A DNA stretch of 61,231 nt, filler included. It is 3 parts of 3 records of this genome, joined end to end, with 100 filler letters (N's around TTAATTAATTAA, not from the genome) between each part and the next. Parts side by side here need not be neighbours in the genome. Positions count along the whole stretch, not along the records: positions 1 to 22,661 come from DRR723986_3518; 2 more parts are not named here. One strand, 5' to 3'. The notes below the pieces were generated by a model. It saw nothing but the letters and a program-made list of their open reading frames with translations. It was not told the DNA's origin and made no database searches. Numbering within the stretch: position 1 is the stretch's first letter; each line of letters opens with the position of its first letter. The position numbers and the translations under genes are program-made. Below are positions 10,856 to 19,100 of this stretch, one piece after another.

Positions 10856-13800
10856 ATGTTGATACCAGGTTTTGTAAACAGGCACGTAATGCCGTTCGCA
10901 GTTGCTGTGATGTTTGTTTTAGCAAGTTTTGCTGTACAAGCTCAGAACCAACTGGAATTTTCGCTGCAGAATCAGCGCATTAGCAGCGATTGTAGCGAAT
11001 ACACAGCCGAGCTGTGGGTAAACGTATCGGAAGGTAATGACTGGGAAATTACCAATAGTGAAATTGGAATTTCTTACAACACTGACGCTCTGACTGCGCA
11101 GGATCTTTCACCGGCATATGAAGCAAATCAATCTCTGATTGACGCTGATGTAGATATCTCTCAGTCTCCAGGAACGAACTACGTTCGCCTGACACTCCTG
11201 AAATCTTCAGGGTCAGCGCTGATCAGTGGTTCCTTTAAACTTCTGACACTGAAGTTTGATATCGAAGACCCTGAGCTGATGGACAACCTCAGTTTCATTA
11301 CTACAGACCCGACGACAAAAATTTTCGATAGCAGTGTTCAACTCGAAAGTGACTGCGGTACCGCCAGCTGTTTTGGCGTTACCGACCCAGCCGCCCGCAC
11401 TGTTGGAGCAACCACGATCCTTAGCGCGCCTGGTGATGCTGTTGCATGTACCGGCGATGAACTGGTTTGGAACATTAGCGTCAATGCTTGTAGCCCAGTC
11501 TACGATTGGCAAAAACTCGTAGACGCTCAGTGGGAGTCAACCGACGTTGCAACTGCTAGTTATACGATCGACGAAGTTTCAACCGACGATGCCGGAACTT
11601 ATCGTGTGCTGGTAACAGCTGACGATGCTGATGACGTTATCACGAAAGAATTTGAACTGACAGTTAATGTTACTCCAAGTGTTACCGAACAGCCAGAAGC
11701 TGCAGTTGCCTGCGCAGGCGACGAAGTTTCTTTTTCCTTCGAAGCTGAAGGTGAAGACCTGGCGTACGAATGGCAGGTTGATGCCGGTGATGGTTTTGAA
11801 GTAATTGAGAAGCAGGAAGAAAACATCCTCATCTTAGCTGCTGTAACTGCAGACATGGATGGCTATGTCTACCGCGCTCGTATCTCCAACGACTGTGAAG
11901 TCTTCACGGAAGAAGTTGAACTGACAGTCAATACTGCTCCAGTATTTACCACTCAGCCTGAAAACCTTGCTGCCTGCGAAACAACAGATGCTGAATTCAG
12001 CATTGAGTTGACCGGCCAGCCGGCTCCTTCTATCCAGTGGGAAACATATGACGCGGAAAACGACGAATGGGCAGCTATCAAAGACGGCACCGAAGAAACA
12101 CTGGTTGTTGCAGAAGTCAGCGCAGACCTTGAAGGCATGCGTTACCGTGCTGTAATCAGCAATGACTGCGGTGAAGTGACTTCCGAAGAAGCAGTCCTGA
12201 CCGTTTACATCGCGCCAGTCGTTGAGACCCAAGCCGAAGATGCTGTAGCATGTGAAGGCACAGACGCTGAATTCTCAATCGAAGTCAGCGGTACACCTGA
12301 GCCAACTATCCAATGGGAAGTTGACCGCGGTGATGGTTTTGAAGTTCTTGACGGTCAAAACGAAAGCACACTTTCGCTGCTTGCTGTTACTTCAAGAATG
12401 AACCGTTACGTCTACCGCGCCCTCGTTGCTAACGAGTGTGCCGAAGTCTACACCGAAGAAGCTGAACTGACAGTAAATACAGCTCCTCTGGTCGCCGAAC
12501 AAACATCCGACGTCGCTGCTTGCGAAGGCACTGACGCTGAGTTCACGATTGCCTTTACCGGCCAACCATTCCCAACAGTTCAGTGGCAAACATATGACGC
12601 TAAAGCTGATGAGTGGCTTGACATCGAAGAAGCTACAGAAGAAACACTGGTAATTGAAGAAGTATCCGCAGACATGGATGGCATGAGCTACCGTGCAGTT
12701 CTCACGAACGAATGCGGCGCTGAGATCTCCAATGAAGTCTTCCTGATCTATCAGGAAGCGCCGGTATTCGCAACAGAACTGGAAGACGGCGAAGTCTGTG
12801 ACGGCGAAGACGTCACCTTCGAATACGAAGCTACAGGTATCCCTGCACCAACAGTTCGCTGGGAAACAATGTCGGCCGAAGAAGAAGAATGGCAAGTAAT
12901 CGACGGTGAAACAGGAACATCCTACACCTTCACTCCTGCTGATGGTGATGACGGCCGTATGGTTCGTGTTGTCCTGAGCAATGACTGCGGTGAAGTTACT
13001 TCCGAAGCCGAAGTTGTTTACTCGCTCTTCCCGGAAATTACCGGTCAGCCAAACAAAGGCGAAGACCTGGTTGTTTGCGAAAACGACGAAGTCCTTGTCT
13101 CGGTTGAAGCACAAGGTAGCCGCCTGAACTATATCTGGTCACGCGATGGTGAAAACCTTGATGACCAAACTGGTTCGGCACTGAACTTCAAAGAAGTTGC
13201 CGTTGAAAATGCTGGTACATATGTCGTCACCGTCTCCAACGACTGTGATGAAGTAACGTCCGAGCGTTTTAACATCGTTGTTAACATGCAGCCGGCAATC
13301 ACGGCACAGCCGCAAGCCGATCAAACCCTCTGTGAACTCGAAGAATTCGAACTCAGCGTTGAAGCTGTCGGTACCGATCTGGCATACCAATGGCAGAAAT
13401 TTGACGGTGAAGAGTGGATTGACCTCAAAGAAGGCAACACGAATACTCTGAACTACGAAGAAGTTCAGCTGGACATGGCCGGTGATTACCGCGTCGTTGT
13501 CAGCGGCCTCTGCGAAGACGTTCAGACGTCCGAAACCGCTTCGCTCACAGTCAATCAGCTTCCATTCATCACAAACGTGAGCGAGTCTCAAACGATTTGT
13601 GAACTGGAAAGTGTTCAGTTTAGCGTTGAAGCAGGCGGTACAGGCATCGTATACCAATGGTACTTTGACGGTGATGAGCTTGAAGGTGAAATCAACAACA
13701 CACTGACGATCAATCCTATCCAACTCGAAGACGAAGGTCGTTACCACGTAGTCGTTAGCGGTGTCTGCCAGCCATTGGTAGAGTCCGAGACGATTGAACT

Positions 13801-15748
13801 GACTGTAACAGCACTGCCCGACATCATCAGCAACCCAGTTTCTGATGACGTCTGCATGGGCTCAGCCGCCAGCTTCCAGGTAATTGCCGAAGGTCCGGGA
13901 CCATTGAACTATCAATGGCAGTGGAGCCTCCTCGGTGACGGCTGGGAAGACCTTGCCGGCGAAACTGCTAACAGCATCAGCTTTGACGAAGTTACTCAGG
14001 AAAACGAAGGCTACTACCGTGCTTATGTAACGGGTGTTTGCACACGTCGCATCTTCACAGAAGCCGCACGCCTGGTTATCTACGATCAAGTAACGATCCT
14101 TGAGCAGCCTGAAAACACAACTGCTTGCGAAAACGATGATGTAGCACTTTATGTTGGTGCTATCGGAACACCAGAATCCGGTAACGACAATGATCAGCTC
14201 GCCTATCGTTGGTACAAAGACAATCAGCCTCTGGCTGGTGGTTTCCGTGATGAACTGCGCCTGGATAACATCCGTGCAAGTCAGGCCGGTACCTACCGCG
14301 CCCTGGTTACTGGTCTCTGTAACGAAGTCTGGACAGAAGCAATTGAAGTCATCGTTGCTCCAGCTCCTGAAGCTCAGATCATTTCTGATGCAAGCGTCCG
14401 CGTCTTTGCCGGTCAGCCTGCAAGCTTCACAGCCAGCGACAACTGTGGCCCGGATGCTGAATATCAGTGGTTCCGCGGTGATATTGCTCTGAGTGACAAT
14501 GAGCGCGTATCCGGTACCAAAACTCTGACTCTCTCGATCAGCAGCGTGACTTCCGAAGATCGCTCTTCGAACTACTATCTGCAGGTTAACTGCGATTGTG
14601 GTGTCATCCAGTCAGATCGCGCTTCACTCGAAATCGACATTGCAGAAATCACATTCACTGAGCAGCCTGCTGACGCTACGGCTTGTGACGGCAGCGAAAT
14701 TTGCTTCAGCGCCGCATGGGATGCCGGTGGCCAGGATGTACTCCTGCAGTGGCTCGACGCTAACGATCAAGAGATCGCCGGCGCCAACGAAGCTACCTAC
14801 TGCACATCCAACTACAATGATGGTGACGGTTATAAACTGCGCGTAACGCTGGTCAATGATCAAACTGTTACGACAGTTTCAAACCCAGGTCGTGTTACAG
14901 TTCAAACTGCTCCAGCAATTTCGCAGCAGCCTACAGCACAAACTGCTTGTGTTGACGGTTCCGTTACGTTCAGCGTTCAGCTTTCCAATGCAGCCGTCAG
15001 CGGAACCAGCTACTCCTGGTTCTTCAACGGCACAGCACTGCAGGTTGCCACCAATGACCTGACAATTGACAATGTCACTGCAGATCAGGTTGGTGACTAC
15101 TACGTAATGATCACTAACGATTGTGGCGAAACTCAGTCCGAAACTGTAAGCCTGCAATTGGGTGCCGAAACTGCAATCACAGCGCAGCCTACGCATCCTA
15201 AAGACGGTCAGAACTTTGACTTCAACGAGCTGCTTGACATCTCCGTCGCAGCTACCGGCGAAGGCAATTGCACCTACCAATGGCAGTTCAGTGCAGACAA
15301 TGCACGCTGGGACAACATTGCCGGTGAAAATGCTACAGACTTTGAAACTCACATCACAACCAGCGACGAAGTCGGTTACTACCGCGTACTCGTTGATTGT
15401 GACTGTGGTGATGCACTGCCTTCGAGTGCCGTACAGGTTGCCGGCTTTGGCCCAACAAGCATCGGTGTTTCTGAATCAAGCGCACTGCGTTTGGAGCAGA
15501 ACTATCCTAACCCATTCAATGGTGTTACAACGATTGCTTTCCAACTGAAGCGTTCAGCTCAAGTTGAACTGGTTGTCCGCGACATGTTCGGTCGTCAGGT
15601 GGCAATGCCACTCAACGCCGCCATGGCTGCTGGTCGTCACCAGGTTCAGATCGATGCAACGGCTCTCGAACTCGGCACAGGCTCGTATTCCTATACGGTT
15701 CTGGTTGACGGCGAGGCTCTTAGCCGTAGCATGATCGTCATTCGCTAA
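10856..15748 (+). CDS. Large secreted acidic protein: signal peptide, cohesin-like N-terminal beta-sandwich, ~15 Ig-like domains, T9SS type A C-terminal sorting domain
   Basis: Repeating unit QP...C.G..V.F......YQW......L.I......G.YR..V.N.C; C-terminal LEQNYPNPFNG.T.I.F.L...V.L.V.D.FGR...G.Y.Y...M...R. Confidence 0.88.
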   Translation: MLIPGFVNRHVMPFAVAVMFVLASFAVQAQNQLEFSLQNQRISSDCSEYTAELWVNVSEGNDWEITNSEIGISYNTDALTAQDLSPAYEANQSLIDADVDISQSPGTNYVRLTLLKSSGSALISGSFKLLTLKFDIEDPELMDNLSFITTDPTTKIFDSSVQLESDCGTASCFGVTDPAARTVGATTILSAPGDAVACTGDELVWNISVNACSPVYDWQKLVDAQWESTDVATASYTIDEVSTDDAGTYRVLVTADDADDVITKEFELTVNVTPSVTEQPEAAVACAGDEVSFSFEAEGEDLAYEWQVDAGDGFEVIEKQEENILILAAVTADMDGYVYRARISNDCEVFTEEVELTVNTAPVFTTQPENLAACETTDAEFSIELTGQPAPSIQWETYDAENDEWAAIKDGTEETLVVAEVSADLEGMRYRAVISNDCGEVTSEEAVLTVYIAPVVETQAEDAVACEGTDAEFSIEVSGTPEPTIQWEVDRGDGFEVLDGQNESTLSLLAVTSRMNRYVYRALVANECAEVYTEEAELTVNTAPLVAEQTSDVAACEGTDAEFTIAFTGQPFPTVQWQTYDAKADEWLDIEEATEETLVIEEVSADMDGMSYRAVLTNECGAEISNEVFLIYQEAPVFATELEDGEVCDGEDVTFEYEATGIPAPTVRWETMSAEEEEWQVIDGETGTSYTFTPADGDDGRMVRVVLSNDCGEVTSEAEVVYSLFPEITGQPNKGEDLVVCENDEVLVSVEAQGSRLNYIWSRDGENLDDQTGSALNFKEVAVENAGTYVVTVSNDCDEVTSERFNIVVNMQPAITAQPQADQTLCELEEFELSVEAVGTDLAYQWQKFDGEEWIDLKEGNTNTLNYEEVQLDMAGDYRVVVSGLCEDVQTSETASLTVNQLPFITNVSESQTICELESVQFSVEAGGTGIVYQWYFDGDELEGEINNTLTINPIQLEDEGRYHVVVSGVCQPLVESETIELTVTALPDIISNPVSDDVCMGSAASFQVIAEGPGPLNYQWQWSLLGDGWEDLAGETANSISFDEVTQENEGYYRAYVTGVCTRRIFTEAARLVIYDQVTILEQPENTTACENDDVALYVGAIGTPESGNDNDQLAYRWYKDNQPLAGGFRDELRLDNIRASQAGTYRALVTGLCNEVWTEAIEVIVAPAPEAQIISDASVRVFAGQPASFTASDNCGPDAEYQWFRGDIALSDNERVSGTKTLTLSISSVTSEDRSSNYYLQVNCDCGVIQSDRASLEIDIAEITFTEQPADATACDGSEICFSAAWDAGGQDVLLQWLDANDQEIAGANEATYCTSNYNDGDGYKLRVTLVNDQTVTTVSNPGRVTVQTAPAISQQPTAQTACVDGSVTFSVQLSNAAVSGTSYSWFFNGTALQVATNDLTIDNVTADQVGDYYVMITNDCGETQSETVSLQLGAETAITAQPTHPKDGQNFDFNELLDISVAATGEGNCTYQWQFSADNARWDNIAGENATDFETHITTSDEVGYYRVLVDCDCGDALPSSAVQVAGFGPTSIGVSESSALRLEQNYPNPFNGVTTIAFQLKRSAQVELVVRDMFGRQVAMPLNAAMAAGRHQVQIDATALELGTGSYSYTVLVDGEALSRSMIVIR

Positions 15749-15793
15749 TCCCTGCATATAACCTGTCAGCTCTGACAGTTTGGTTTGGCACGT

Positions 15794-15833
15794 CGCCGGG
15801 GCAGTCGCAAGACAGCTCCGGCGTCTTTATTTT
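15794..15833 (+). terminator. Rho-independent terminator after the Ig-repeat gene
   Basis: cgccggggc...gtcGCAAgac...gctccggcg followed by tctttatttt. Confidence 0.7.
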
Positions 15834-15879
15834 AAAGGATTCTGTTAAAGTTCTGTGGTAATGGAGTTAGTAGTTCCTG

Positions 15880-15940
15880 GCGCTGCGCCCTTACGGGCTG
15901 GCTTTTTTGAGCGCCGCGCCCATTCGGGCTAGCTTTTTTA
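15880..15940. repeat. Two tandem 30-31-bp REP-like units, each with a gccc-N4-gggc hairpin and a T6 tract
   Basis: gcgctgcgcccttacgggctggcttttttga / gcgccgcgcccattcgggctagctttttta. Confidence 0.65.
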
Positions 15941-16052
15941 TAATTTTGTTAAACAATGAGTGTGCATTGACACACCGCGGCCCTACGGTCCTGGCATCCA
16001 TCCTAAGACTTTGCAACTGAGCTTCTTAAGTCAGGCTGAAAAACTCCAGGCC

Positions 16053-16082
16053 ACCTGTGAGCTTTTCAGCAAGCTCACAGGT
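16053..16082. other. Perfect 12-bp inverted repeat between convergent genes; possible terminator or stability hairpin for the minus-strand gene
   Basis: acctgtgagctt-ttcagc-aagctcacaggt. Confidence 0.55.
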
Positions 16083-16167
16083 AGACTTCCAGCTAGTTTG
16101 TGACTCGCGTAGACTGCAGGCTGCCGGCAGAACATTTTGGACGCACGGTAAAGTCCTCAAAACTGAA

Positions 16168-19100
16168 TTACTTGAGCATGAGCGTCTTACCTGCGGTTAA
16201 CAGATCACGTCCGGCCTGTGCAGTGGCATGCAAAGTGTAGATGCCTTTGGGAAGGTCAGAAAGATCAGCCCGCAGACTGCTTCCTGATGTTAAGTTCCAG
16301 GAATGGCATACGCGCCCGGTCATGTCCACAAGGCGCAATCTGATTGTGGAGTTTGCTGAGGGATCGGCATCGTGAAGCCGACTATAGTTTAACCAGGCTC
16401 CAATATTGACGATTGCAGCTGAAGGCTGAGGCCATGTTGCCAGGCCGATGGCGTCGGTCGAACTCCCGGATGCGGCTCCTTCGGCAAGGTTAACAAATTG
16501 CTGACGTGCGTTCAGTTCCGGGTATGTTTGACTACTTCGTGCCATTCCACCGTCAATGAGCGGTGTCTCGCCGAGAACTACTTCGGTCGTGTATTCGGAT
16601 TGAGTTGAAACGGGGTAGAATTCGAGGTGGAACATTTCTCCGCCGCCATTAATCAGTTGATAACTCGTACGTGCTACAGCCTCGTCGCTGGAAACTGGCA
16701 GAGCAAGGTTGGTGCGTTGACCGTCGCTGTTGCGCACAAGATCAAGGCGCATCAAACCCAGCCCTGCTCCGAGGAAGTCGAGCGCGACGTCAGCTGCCGC
16801 AGTTATGCTAAAGCTGTCGGTACGAATTGTGTCGGGGTAGCGCTGCAAGTCAAGAACGGTCTGCGGCGGCGAACCTACTTGAATCTCACGCAGGCGGATT
16901 GGATTTTCAAAGGACACCCTCGATTCGGCGACGGTGAGGCCGGCGACACCACCAAAGGTCGGACAGCCCACGAGTGTGAAGTCGGCAAAGCCGTGGAAGG
17001 TCATGACGACGGCATCAGCCCCGCTTTTTTGGAAATATTGTCCTGAGGGCCGAATGTTGCCGTCGTCTCCGCTAAAGACACGCCGGCCGCGCTTGATATT
17101 CAGGTTGGCATTTATCAAGGGCATAGCCGCCAGTTGCGGGTTGTGCCCGCTGCCGCGCAGCAGGTGCCGATTGCCATAGTCGGTCAGCTGCAGTCCATGA
17201 TCCCAGAGGCGTTTCCATGTGCCGATTGCCAGCGGGAAGTGCCAGAGCTGACCATTTCCCCGGCTCAGGTTGAGCAGCACGGCGTCCCTGGCATCATTAT
17301 AGTGCCAACGGAATCCAGCTATATCTATATGATTGGCGACATAGTCTCCCTGGGCAAGATTTGGCTCGATAATGTCTGCGTCGTCTGATCCCAGGGAGCG
17401 GATGCGTCCTGGAGTATTGGTCATGCCGCGGAAGCGATAGCGCGTACCGTTGTCTACCCCGTCTACATTTAGAATACTGAGGTGATGTACGCGCCACGGG
17501 CCGGGCTGACTTGTAGAATCAACGTTGGAAGCCGGTGCGCGTGCTTCCCAGGCGACTTCGTCCATATCGATTATCACTTTAGTATGATTAGCGTTCAGGT
17601 TCTCAATCGAGTTGCCTTCATCGATGTGACGGTAGATGGCCGGTCTGCGGTTCTCCCTGCAGTCCACGCTCAGATGTAACATCTGTCTGTCCTGCAGGAC
17701 CCGCTGCATAGCGGTGTGGGTATAATACTTCTGGATGAAGTTGGTGACCAGGCCGCTTGTCAGCTCTACACGTGTGTAATAGATTTGTCCGTTTTCCTGC
17801 CAGGCGAGTCCGGCATCGGCTTCATCCAAATCCAGGCGCGCATAACTGGTGAGTGCCGGATGTGAAGCATTATATGGACCACTCCCCGGATCGCGATGCA
17901 GGTAGGTTGTCGGTGCATACGCACTGCCCTGCAGTGGACTGCGATGTGTGATTCCAATGCCCAACAGCTCGTCGGCCCATGCAATGAAGTTGCCGCCATG
18001 TGCGGCACCGATGACGGGCGTGCCCCATTCAGCCAGATCATTGCCTTCTGCTAGAGCAACAAAGCGGCCGGTTGAACTAATACTTGTCAGATTGGCGTCG
18101 ATCGGGAACATGTGTTCGGCGATAGTGAGCTGCGAAGTGGGATTACTCAGGATTGCTGCTGCAGGATCTTCTGTGCAGGCATAGACCACATAAACCCAGG
18201 CATTGTTGTTGTCGTCTTCACGGACAACCAGTGAAGGATAGGCGCAGGAATGCATCGTGCCTGTGCCGCTGCCGTCTCTGAAGACAAATTCACCGAGCCT
18301 GACTTCAGTGCTTTCCCAGCTAAGTGGACGGTCGGAGTGCACCGGAGCTATAGGCGCACTGCGACGATAGAAGACTTCAAACCGCGTGGGGTCGGTGGGC
18401 ATCGGCCGGTGATAGACCATGTGGTAGATCATCATTTCATTGGCGACCGGCCAGGCAATCAGTTTGCGCTGATTACTGTATTCGAGGCCGCCCTGAGCCG
18501 TCAGGTCCGGTTTTAGGACGGTGACACGCAGGAGTTTACCTTCACCGGGCGTGAAGTCAAGCGCAATGGATTGGTCGGCGCGAATCATCGTGTCGAGGCT
18601 ACCACCAACTTCCTGGACGTGAAGATTAACAAACAGGTCGTCAATGTGAACATCAAATGGAACAGTGATACGGCGCGCACCACGTTGCGCATAGGCTGGT
18701 TGCGCAAAGTTGTTAAAGCGGCCGCCGGTCAGATGTTCCTGGAATTCATTGCTGGAATAGAACTGCATGCCGCCGCGCAGGTCGGTGCCGATACCGTTGG
18801 GATCATAGACGGCGGGATTGCTGCGGCGATTCAGGACACCGACGTAGAAGACGCTGTCGATTTCCAGGTTTTTGTCTTTGAGAATTGTGAAGGCCACAAA
18901 ACTTTCATCCTGCACGTTTTCAGCATCACCGCTCCAGGCATTGCCTGTATCATCGTGCAAGCGCGCTGTCTGCAGACGTGGCAGCTCAGCGTCGAGATCA
19001 AGGTCGAGGAAATTGGAGAGCGGCAGGTCGTCGTCGGCAACCCCGGAATAGGCTTTATAGCCTTTATTCCAGTATCCCAGCAGTTGTAGGCGCAGCAGTT

